Virus record (IMG/VR): IMGVR_UViG_3300012942_000060
Span: 1-50,049 of that record
Length of the DNA: 50,049 bases
Source of the DNA: a virus
Lineage: Duplodnaviria; Caudoviricetes
Direction: 5' to 3' (one strand)
Below are positions 34,142 through 42,131 of the stretch, in pieces. Position numbers and translations under genes: made by a program. The first letter of the stretch is position 1. Each line of letters begins with the position of its first letter. The notes beneath the pieces are model-generated. The model was not told the DNA's origin. It did not search any database and saw only the letters and a program-made list of their open reading frames with translations.

Positions 34142-37100
34142 ATGAGCGAGAACATGGGCTCCATCTATTACGAGGTGGAGGCTGACACGTCCAAACTGGT
34201 GAACTCATCGAAGGACGTAGACCGTGCTACAGCCGAGATGGAGCGGAGCTTTGCGCGATCAGACAAGTCCGCCCAGAAAAATCAGCGATCAATCGATGGA
34301 ATGGGGAGAGCGTCGGCCAGTGCTGCGCCGAAAATGACCCGTCTCGCGGAGGGCGTGAAACGCGCCAACGCTGAGGCTAACTTAGGGGTCGCGGCGTTCG
34401 GCGGGCTGAACCGAGTGTTGCTGTCCATGGTTGGCGGCGCCCTTTTTGGGCGCCTCGTCGACCACCTCGCCAGCTTCCAGCAGCGAATGCTGGAGGTGCA
34501 AGCTGTCTCTCAGGCTACGGGGGCTCAGTTCAAGGCGCTTGAAAGTCAGGCCAGGGAGCTCGGCGGCACTACCGTGTTTTCCGCCCAGCAGGCTGCTGAG
34601 GCGCAGGGCTTTCTGGCGCAGGCTGGCTTGAGTGTTAATCAGATACTGTCCGCCACTCCGGATGTGCTGAAACTGGCGATAGCGGGCAGCCTGGACTTAG
34701 GATCCGCTGCCACCATTGCGGCGGGCGCTCTCAATGGGTTCGGGTTGGAAGTTTCGCAATTGGCCCGCGTCAATGACGTACTGGCCAAGGCCGCCGCCGA
34801 CTCAAACACGGACGTTCAGGACCTCGGAGGTGCGTTATCCTACGCCGCACCCGTCGCTCGACAGGCGGGATTGTCCATAGAGACCACCGTAGCAGCCATC
34901 GAAACTCTAGGCGATGCCACAATCAAAGGCTCCCGCGCCGGCACCGGTATGGTTGGCGTTATTCGGCAGCTTTCCAAGATCACTCCGATGGCGGCCAAGG
35001 CGCTCGCGAAGTACGGACTCAGCACATCCGATCTGAACATCACCACGCACGGACTGGTGCCGGTGCTCAAAACACTGGCCGCAGCTAACCTTTCCACAAG
35101 CGATACATTCCAGATCTTCGGATCCGAAGCGGGGGTTGCGGCAGGGGCGTTGTTGGCCAGCGTGGACAAGATCGAGGAGTACAAGAAAGGCCTGGCCGAC
35201 GCCGCAGGAACATCCCAGGAGATGGCGGACATCCTCAACAGCGGATTAACTGCTTCGCTGAAAGGCCTTCACTCAGCGGCGTCGGAAGCAGCGTTGCAGC
35301 TGATGGATGGGGGCTTGGGGGGCGCCCTGAAAGGGTTGATTGTCACTACAGGCGGCGTCATCAGCGCCTACAACGGCATGCTTCCGGAATTTGCAAAATC
35401 CAACGATCTGACCGAAGACCAAGAAACCGCCATCGCGGGTCTGTCTCAGGCGATTGGTGTTTTCACGACGTTGGTAGGCACCCGGATGGTGGTTGCCCTG
35501 GGTGCTGCCACCTCCGCAAAATTGGCGAGTTACAAGGCGTCCCTCGACAGCGCAAAAGTGGCGGCTGCCGAAGCCAAAGCGGAACAACTGGCAGCAGAGC
35601 AACTGCTCCGCCGAACAGCGGCAGAATTGCAGGCGGCGCGAGTCATCCAGGCTCGCGCTCTGGCCGACGCCAAGGCCACGGCCGGCACCAATGCGCACGC
35701 CCTCGCGCTCGATCACCTGGCCGCATCAGCCGCACGAGCTACTGCGGCGGAAGAAGCCAACGCCGCCGCGCAGAATGCCGTGGCGGCGGCCTCCACTCGG
35801 GCAGCCGCCGCCTCCAGAAAGGCGTCGTTGGCAATGAGCTTGCTGGGTGGCCCCATTGGCATTGCCGCTATAGCTATAGCTGGCGTGACCTACGCATTGT
35901 ATCAGTTCACCAAGTCGCAAGACGTTGCCTCAGGGTCAGTAAAAAATTTCCGAGAGGAAGCCGACAAGACATCTCCATCTCTCGATGCGCTATCCAAAAA
36001 GTTCAAGGAGTTAGGGCAGGCGCAAAGAGAGCAGGTGCTGGATAGCCAGTTCCTCAATGTTGGGGATTGGACCAGTCAGATGTTTGGGCAGTTGGACAAA
36101 ATCAACGCCAAAATAAAAGGGTTTGGGGAAACGGCTTATTCGCAGTTCACCAGAGCACGAAATAGCGGTACGAGCATGGTTGATGCTCTGGATAGCCTGA
36201 TTTCAAAAGGGCTGGTACCGAAAAACGCCCGCAGCGAACTGCTTGATCTGATTGCCAATTATGAGTCAGTCAACAAAAAGCTGGAGAAACAGCAGGACAT
36301 TCTCCGCGAGATTAAAAAAATAAACGATGAGATGGCCAGGGATCGGAAGGCGCAGGAAGGCGGCGGTGGTGGCGGTGGCGGAAGCAGTGCCGATGATCCG
36401 AACGCCGAAAAAGCATTACAGAAGTTGCGTGATGAACTCGCCCTGATAAAGAAAATCGGAGTCGAGCGCGCCAAGCTCAAGGCAGTTCAGTCTCTCGGAG
36501 ATGAGGCTTCCGAATCGCAAAAAACCGAGGCGGCGTCTCTAGCCAATCAGGTGTACTGGCTCAAAAAAGCCCAGGATGCGCACAAAAGTGATGCGGAATA
36601 CATAAAAAAGCTCAACGAGAGCACAAAGGAAGCGGCGCTTTCTGGCGAGGCGTTGGCCGCTGCAAAAGCAAAGGCGTCGCTGTCAAAGTGGGCTACGCCT
36701 GAAGAAATCGCCCAAGTTGAACAGCTAGCCAAGGCTCAGTACAAGCTGGAGGAGGCCAAAAAGCAGCGCGATAAGCTGAAGCAAAAACCCCGGACAGCCT
36801 GGGATGACATTACCGGGAATCCCCAACCTCTCTCCGGTGGCGTGTTTGATGACCAATACGCTCGATATGAAGCTGAGGGAAAAAAGGAAGAGAAGCGGTA
36901 CGCCGACAGCCTGGAGAAACTGCAAGAGTACGAACAGGCAAAACTAGACATCGGACGGTCTTACCAGGATGCCGAGGCCGAGCTATTCCAGCAACACGCT
37001 CAACGCATGCAGCAGATTAACGACGCGAAAAATCAAATCCTGCTGACTTCGAGTGAGAACGCCTTTGCTGCAATGGCCGGGGCCGTAGCGGCCTTCGGCG

Positions 37101-37675
37101 GGGAGGCGTCCAGCGCGTACAAAACACTGTTCGCCATCAGCAAAGGGTTTGCAATCGCCAGTGCGGCCTTGAACCTGTATTCGGCCATCAGTCAGGCTAT
37201 GGCCGACCCGACAGCGCTTACCCCGGCGCAGAAATTCGCCAACATGGCGGCCATTGGATCGGCCGGTGCGGCGCTCGCTACCCAGATTGCCAGCGTCACC
37301 TATGCCGGAGGGCGGCAATACGGTGGCCCTGTCGCGCCCAACAAAATGTACCGCGTCAACGAAAACGGACGCCCTGAGGTGTTCAAGGCGGCCAATGGCC
37401 AGCAATTCATGCTGCCTAACACTCGCGGCGAAGTAATCAGCCACAGAAACGCCTCTGCCGGCGACACATCGATCACGATGGCCGCGCCTACGCAAGCCAA
37501 AGTCACGATCATCAACCAGTTCCAATCGGACGGCACCGCCCGCACTCAAGCCCCGGCAGGAATGGAAGCGATGGGCAAAGAAATTCAAGCCGTGGTTGAT
37601 CGGCACATCAATCAGAAACTCAAGACCGAGCTGCGCCCTGGCGGAATGCTTTATCGGAGCAAGCGCAATGGCTGA
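34142..37675 (+). CDS. Tape measure protein
   Basis: 1177 aa, Ala-rich helical, TP901-type core (ARELGGTTVFSA, GSRAGTG). Confidence 0.93.
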   Translation: MSENMGSIYYEVEADTSKLVNSSKDVDRATAEMERSFARSDKSAQKNQRSIDGMGRASASAAPKMTRLAEGVKRANAEANLGVAAFGGLNRVLLSMVGGALFGRLVDHLASFQQRMLEVQAVSQATGAQFKALESQARELGGTTVFSAQQAAEAQGFLAQAGLSVNQILSATPDVLKLAIAGSLDLGSAATIAAGALNGFGLEVSQLARVNDVLAKAAADSNTDVQDLGGALSYAAPVARQAGLSIETTVAAIETLGDATIKGSRAGTGMVGVIRQLSKITPMAAKALAKYGLSTSDLNITTHGLVPVLKTLAAANLSTSDTFQIFGSEAGVAAGALLASVDKIEEYKKGLADAAGTSQEMADILNSGLTASLKGLHSAASEAALQLMDGGLGGALKGLIVTTGGVISAYNGMLPEFAKSNDLTEDQETAIAGLSQAIGVFTTLVGTRMVVALGAATSAKLASYKASLDSAKVAAAEAKAEQLAAEQLLRRTAAELQAARVIQARALADAKATAGTNAHALALDHLAASAARATAAEEANAAAQNAVAAASTRAAAASRKASLAMSLLGGPIGIAAIAIAGVTYALYQFTKSQDVASGSVKNFREEADKTSPSLDALSKKFKELGQAQREQVLDSQFLNVGDWTSQMFGQLDKINAKIKGFGETAYSQFTRARNSGTSMVDALDSLISKGLVPKNARSELLDLIANYESVNKKLEKQQDILREIKKINDEMARDRKAQEGGGGGGGGSSADDPNAEKALQKLRDELALIKKIGVERAKLKAVQSLGDEASESQKTEAASLANQVYWLKKAQDAHKSDAEYIKKLNESTKEAALSGEALAAAKAKASLSKWATPEEIAQVEQLAKAQYKLEEAKKQRDKLKQKPRTAWDDITGNPQPLSGGVFDDQYARYEAEGKKEEKRYADSLEKLQEYEQAKLDIGRSYQDAEAELFQQHAQRMQQINDAKNQILLTSSENAFAAMAGAVAAFGGEASSAYKTLFAISKGFAIASAALNLYSAISQAMADPTALTPAQKFANMAAIGSAGAALATQIASVTYAGGRQYGGPVAPNKMYRVNENGRPEVFKAANGQQFMLPNTRGEVISHRNASAGDTSITMAAPTQAKVTIINQFQSDGTARTQAPAGMEAMGKEIQAVVDRHINQKLKTELRPGGMLYRSKRNG

Positions 37676-38015
37676 CACCATCCAGACGTTCAATTGGCCG
37701 GTGAAGGTGGCGAGCCCCGGCACGATCACTCAGGACAAATTGAAAGCACAGTTTGGCGACGGGTACGCACAGCGTAGCGGGGTAGGCATCAACAATGCGT
37801 CTCGTAGCTATGACGTGAGTATCACGGCCAGAGCATCGATTATCGAAGCTATCCAAGATTTCTTGCTCGAACACGGTGGCTGGCGCGCTTTTCTGTGGAC
37901 ACCGCGACTGGGCAGCCCTGGTCTATACGTCGCCGAGGATGGGTTCCGGGTTCTTCCAAACGGCAACCAGATCTACACCCTAACCACCACCTTCACCCAG
38001 ACCTTCAAACCCTGA
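37668..38015 (+). CDS. Minor tail protein, lambda gpM-like
   Basis: AQFGDGYAQRSGVGIN, FLLEHGGWRAFLWTP. Confidence 0.9.
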   Translation: MADTIQTFNWPVKVASPGTITQDKLKAQFGDGYAQRSGVGINNASRSYDVSITARASIIEAIQDFLLEHGGWRAFLWTPRLGSPGLYVAEDGFRVLPNGNQIYTLTTTFTQTFKP

Positions 38016-38022
38016 GAACGTT

Positions 38023-39084
38023 ATGAGCATGCAGACAATTGACCTCGGCACGGCGCCGACAGGGGCGGGCGGCGACAACAACCGCCAGGCGAACGAGAAA
38101 GCGAACGCGAATTTCCAGGAATTGTATGAAGCAAAGAGCGCGTTTGACATTTACATTCCTGATACGCACCGCCGGGCGGTGGAGGCGGCAACCGGCGGTC
38201 ATTGCACGGTGATCTACACCGCCAAGGGCCAGCCGAGTTATTTTCACGTCATTCCCAAGTTCAATTGCGAGGACATCGCCCCCGGCGGCGAGCTGGGCAC
38301 CGGTGTCCACCCCGCGTTCAAATTCGGGAACGATGAGCCGGCGGAAATCTTCATCGGCATGTATGAGATGGCCGAAGTGAACGGTGAAGGCGTTTCTCAG
38401 CCGATGATGCCGCCCAGGGTTAGCATCAGATGGACCGGCTCGCGCAGCCTGATTCAGGCCTGCGGCCCCGGTTTCGACATGATGACCGTCTGGGACTGGG
38501 CTGCCGTGGCGCTCTGGTCCAAGGCGAACGGCTTCGACGTGCGTGGCAACACCCAGTACGGCCGCCATCACAACAACCGCTGGGAGACCGGCCGGCGGCA
38601 GGATGAACTCGCACCCGGCGATACCGGCGGCGACGCGCTCGGCAACACCCTCACCGGCTCCGGCCCCAACGCATGGCGCCACAACAACGCTCCCGACGGC
38701 ATCGCCGATATGGTCGGCAACGTTTGGGAATGGTTGCTGGGATCGAAAACCATTGATGGCCGCGTCTATCTCGCCCCTGACAACGACATCGGCGCGGAAT
38801 CAACTTGGCTGGATACCGGATTCGACCCGGTCGCCGTTAATCCGTGGTCCAGCATGGACACCACGGGAGCGAATATCGCGCTCAAGCAGGCCCTGGTTGC
38901 ACCCAATGGCGCGCTCGATCCGGACGGTCGCTTCTACATCAATGCGGATGGCGAGCGGTTCCCGATCCGGGGCGGTGCTCGCCGCGGTGGCAGCGACTCC
39001 GGCGCTGCGGCGCTCAACTTCTACTACACTCGCACGTCTGCCAGCACGGTTATCGGCTCTCGCCCCCGCTTTCGGAATCTGTAA
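38023..39084 (+). CDS. Mtd-like DGR target protein (tail-fibre N-terminus, FGE/C-type-lectin C-terminus)
   Basis: IDLGTAPTGAGGD N-terminus; HPAF, GIADMVGNVWEW, RGG...IGSRP; followed by avd and TR. Confidence 0.88.
   Translation: MSMQTIDLGTAPTGAGGDNNRQANEKANANFQELYEAKSAFDIYIPDTHRRAVEAATGGHCTVIYTAKGQPSYFHVIPKFNCEDIAPGGELGTGVHPAFKFGNDEPAEIFIGMYEMAEVNGEGVSQPMMPPRVSIRWTGSRSLIQACGPGFDMMTVWDWAAVALWSKANGFDVRGNTQYGRHHNNRWETGRRQDELAPGDTGGDALGNTLTGSGPNAWRHNNAPDGIADMVGNVWEWLLGSKTIDGRVYLAPDNDIGAESTWLDTGFDPVAVNPWSSMDTTGANIALKQALVAPNGALDPDGRFYINADGERFPIRGGARRGGSDSGAAALNFYYTRTSASTVIGSRPRFRNL
38954..39084 (+). repeat. DGR variable region (VR)
   Basis: 29 bp identical to 39522-39550; next codons CGC GGT oppose AAC AAT in the TR. 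Confidence 0.8.
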
Positions 39085-39106
39085 TCTGGCATCCGGCAAT
39101 CTGACA

Positions 39107-39124
39107 GCTCGGCGGTAGCCGAGC
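39107..39124 (+). promoter_or_regulatory. DGR target-recognition hairpin
   Basis: GCTCGGC-GGTA-GCCGAGC just downstream of the VR. Confidence 0.75.
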
Positions 39125-39133
39125 GAGGTAATC

Positions 39134-39514
39134 ATGGCTGCGAACCAAAAGACGGAACTGCTCGCACTCAAAAAATTCAGCGACGTGATGGAGTACGGCC
39201 ACATCGCGCTGAAACAGTTTCCGCGCCACCAGCGCTACATTCTGGCGGCACGGATTGACAGTTGCATGATCGAAATCATGGAGCTGATCATCACCGCGAA
39301 CCTGCGGTATCACAAAAAGACGACGCTCAACGAGCTGGACATCAAGCTGGCGTTGCTGCGGCACTTGATCCGGCTCGCCATGCAGCGTGAGTACCTCACG
39401 ATTCGCCGCTATGAAATATGGACGCGAGGAATTGATGAGGTCGGGAGGATAGTGGGCGGCTGGATCAAGTGGGTGCGAACGCCCAGGCCGTCCGAGAACA
39501 GGGCTCAGTGTTGA
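39134..39514 (+). CDS. avd: DGR accessory variability determinant Avd
   Basis: FPRHQRYILAARI, KKTTLNELDIKL, EVGRIVGGWIK four-helix-bundle pattern. Confidence 0.9.
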   Translation: MAANQKTELLALKKFSDVMEYGHIALKQFPRHQRYILAARIDSCMIEIMELIITANLRYHKKTTLNELDIKLALLRHLIRLAMQREYLTIRRYEIWTRGIDEVGRIVGGWIKWVRTPRPSENRAQC

Positions 39515-39521
39515 ATATGGT

Positions 39522-39580
39522 AGCGGTTCCCGATCCGGGGCGGTGCTCGCAACAATGGCGGCAATGCCGGCCCGGCGCGT
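39522..39580 (+). repeat. Truncated DGR template repeat (TR)
   Basis: Matches VR start, AAC/AAT codons; similarity lost after ~39580. Confidence 0.75.
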
Positions 39581-39653
39581 TAGTCGATATGCGACCACGT
39601 GAGGCGCTTCGCCGCGTTAGCCACCGAAACGCTAGTTACATGAGAGTAGTCAC

Positions 39654-39818
39654 GCCAGATGGCTGGCGCACGCAAAACACGGCGATGCCACGGCGGCTGT
39701 GCAGAAAACCCTCAACGACGCTGTGTTCAGGAGACAAGATGAGCGACGAAACCGAACTGCCGGAAGACGGCGAGCCGCAAGAGACACACGCCGAGTGGGC
39801 GACTCGCATCACTCGTGA
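39654..39818 (+). pseudogene. C-terminal remnant of DGR reverse transcriptase
   Basis: Startless frame ARWLAHAKHGDA resembles the DGR-RT C-terminal SWxGHxxHxD motif, at the expected position after TR. Confidence 0.6.
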
Positions 39819-40056
39819 GCGGATGATTGTCAGTCCATTTCAGGCTCGGAGCGCATTGAGACTCGCCGGGCTGTTGGACCAGGTTGAGCAGGTTATGGCA
39901 GCGCCAGAGACAGACGATACGACCCGTTTGGCTTGGCAAACTGCGTCGGAATTCCGCCGTCTCAGTCCGACCGTGGATGCGATTGCACAAAAAATGGGTC
40001 TGACCGATGAGCAAGTGGACAGCCTGTTTCTTTCTGCCAGGAAGATCGAAGCCTAA
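39739..40056 (+). CDS. Small tail-fibre-associated protein
   Basis: VSPFQARSAL...AWQTASEFRRLSP...GLTDEQVDSLF; SD AGGAG. Confidence 0.7.
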   Translation: MSDETELPEDGEPQETHAEWATRITRERMIVSPFQARSALRLAGLLDQVEQVMAAPETDDTTRLAWQTASEFRRLSPTVDAIAQKMGLTDEQVDSLFLSARKIEA

Positions 40057-40860
40057 ATGCTCACCGCCGATTATCAAAAACTGGAGCCTGGCTCCTATTT
40101 GCGTCTGATCGAAGTCGATGCGACGGCGTTCGGCGGCGATGTTTATCGGTACCACAACTACAACCAGGTCATCGGGCTGGATCTGTTCGATGGGTTTATG
40201 GCGGGCTCCGAGCTTTATCAGGCCGGTGATGAGCGGCTGTTGGCTGGGGCCGAGATCGTAGCAGACGACTCCATCAAGCCTCGCCCGATTGTGTGGCAGG
40301 GCGAGGAATACAACGCCTGGCCGTATGAGATTCAGGGTCTGGAGGTTACGGGCGACGGGCGGGCGCCGCAGCCCACGCTCTCGGTGGGCAACGTTGACGG
40401 TTCGATCACCGCGCTGTGTCTCTATTTCGACGACATGGCCCAGGCCGTGGTTCGCATCCACACCACGTTTGCGCACTACCTCGATGCCGTGAATTTTGCC
40501 GACGGCAATGAGCAGGCAGACCCGACGCAGGAGAAGCTGGAAACGTGGTTCGTCGAGCAGAAAACCAGCGAGACGCCGGAGGCGGTGGTCTGGAGCCTGT
40601 CGTCACCGGCTGATGTTGCCGGCATCAAAATCCCATGTCGGCAAATCACAGGGCTGTGTGAGTGGGCGCTGAGAGGTGAGTACCGTGGTGCCGACTGTGG
40701 CTACACCGGCCCGCCGGTGGCGAAAGAAGACGGCACGCCAACAACTGACCCATCGCTGGACCAGTGCGGCGGGCAATTATCTGACTGCAAATTGCGATTC
40801 GGCGAGCACGGGGAGCTGTCGTTCGGCGGATTCCCAGGCTCGAATCTCATTCAACGATGA
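40057..40860 (+). CDS. Minor tail protein, lambda gpL-like
   Basis: C-terminal Cys cluster CEW..RGEYRGADCGY...DQCGGQLSDCKLRF, FGGFPG. Confidence 0.92.
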   Translation: MLTADYQKLEPGSYLRLIEVDATAFGGDVYRYHNYNQVIGLDLFDGFMAGSELYQAGDERLLAGAEIVADDSIKPRPIVWQGEEYNAWPYEIQGLEVTGDGRAPQPTLSVGNVDGSITALCLYFDDMAQAVVRIHTTFAHYLDAVNFADGNEQADPTQEKLETWFVEQKTSETPEAVVWSLSSPADVAGIKIPCRQITGLCEWALRGEYRGADCGYTGPPVAKEDGTPTTDPSLDQCGGQLSDCKLRFGEHGELSFGGFPGSNLIQR

Positions 40861-41561
40861 TCCGCGAAAAACTGCTCAGACAGATACGGGAGCACGCACA
40901 AGCGAGCTACCCGGCGGAGGCGTGCGGACTGATTGTGCAGGTCGGCCATGGCCAGAGATATGTGCCGTGCCGAAACAGCCATCCCGAGCCCACGGAGCAC
41001 TTCGAGATCGCCCCTCAGGATTATGCGGACGCCGAGGATGCGGGGCAGGTGTTGGCGGTGGTCCATTCTCATCCTGACGCCACCAGCAGGCCCAGCAAGC
41101 TGGACCGGGCACAGTGTGACGCTATGGGGCTGCCTTGGTACATCTTGAGTTGGCCCGAGAACGATCTGCGCCGCGTTGAGCCTGACGTGTGGCCCCGCCC
41201 GCTGATCGGTCGGCACTACATCTACGGCATGCAGGACTGCTACTCCATTGTGCAGGACTGGTACCAGCAGGAGCGCGGCATCCATCTTGGCCGCCCCGAG
41301 ACAGCGGACGGCTGGTGGAAGCGAGGCGAGAACATGATTCTGGAGCACTATGAATCGCTTGGCTTCCGGCGCTGCGACGACCTCCATGCCGGTGCCGTGA
41401 TCATTATGCAGGTCAGCTCGGACATCGTGAATCATTGTGCGCTGTATACAGGTGACGGAACGATGATCCACCACATGCCCGGTCGCCTATCTGAATCCTC
41501 CCCTTACGGCGGCTACTGGCAAGAGCGCACCCACGCCATCCTTGAATACGTCGGAGAGTAA
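40857..41561 (+). CDS. Tail assembly protein, lambda gpK-like (JAB + NlpC/P60)
   Basis: EACGL, VHSHP, QDCYSIV, NHCALY. Confidence 0.93.
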   Translation: MIREKLLRQIREHAQASYPAEACGLIVQVGHGQRYVPCRNSHPEPTEHFEIAPQDYADAEDAGQVLAVVHSHPDATSRPSKLDRAQCDAMGLPWYILSWPENDLRRVEPDVWPRPLIGRHYIYGMQDCYSIVQDWYQQERGIHLGRPETADGWWKRGENMILEHYESLGFRRCDDLHAGAVIIMQVSSDIVNHCALYTGDGTMIHHMPGRLSESSPYGGYWQERTHAILEYVGE

Positions 41562-41564
41562 ATC

Positions 41565-42131
41565 ATGGAGAGACTGCGAACAGTGCGGCTGTATGGCGTG
41601 CTGGGAAGCCGGTTCGGCCGCGAATTTCGGTTGGCGGTGGCCACCCCCGCCGAAGCCGTCCGCGCGCTGTCTGTTCAGATTCCCGGCTTCGAGGCGCACC
41701 TGATGCGTGACCGAAAATACCGCTACGCCGTCTTCATCGGGAAGCGGAACATCGGGCCGGAGGAATACGGCACCGCCGGCGGCGATCACGACATTCGCAT
41801 CGCCCCGGTGATTGCCGGCAGCAAAAACGCAGGGTTGATCAGTGCCGTACTGGGTGCTGTGCTGATTATTGCGGCTCCGTTTTCCGGCCCGCTTGCGCCG
41901 GCCCTGTATGCCGCTGGCGCAGGACTGGTGGCTGGCGGCGCCGTCCAGATGCTCATGCCGCAGCCATCGGGGCTTTCGGACAGCAGCCAGGCGAACAACC
42001 AACCTTCCTATGCATTCGGCGGTCCCGTCAACACCGTTGCCCAGGGCAATCCTGTTGGCCTTCTGTACGGCCAGCGTGAGATCGGCGGCGCGATCATTTC
42101 CGCCGGCATCTACACCGAGGATTTGATGTGA
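41565..42131 (+). CDS. Tail assembly protein, lambda gpI-like
   Basis: VRLYGVLGSRFGR, SYAFGGPVNTVAQGNPVGLLYG. Confidence 0.92.
   Translation: MERLRTVRLYGVLGSRFGREFRLAVATPAEAVRALSVQIPGFEAHLMRDRKYRYAVFIGKRNIGPEEYGTAGGDHDIRIAPVIAGSKNAGLISAVLGAVLIIAAPFSGPLAPALYAAGAGLVAGGAVQMLMPQPSGLSDSSQANNQPSYAFGGPVNTVAQGNPVGLLYGQREIGGAIISAGIYTEDLM

Noticed and set aside
39576-39625. Integron attC-like GTTAG motifs
   Set aside because: They are direct rather than inverted copies, with no RYYYAAC partner, no hairpin and no integron integrase.
39469-40056. 195-aa ORF spanning the TR
   Set aside because: The N-terminal part is read-through of TR and filler; the real gene most likely starts at ATG 39739 with SD AGGAG.
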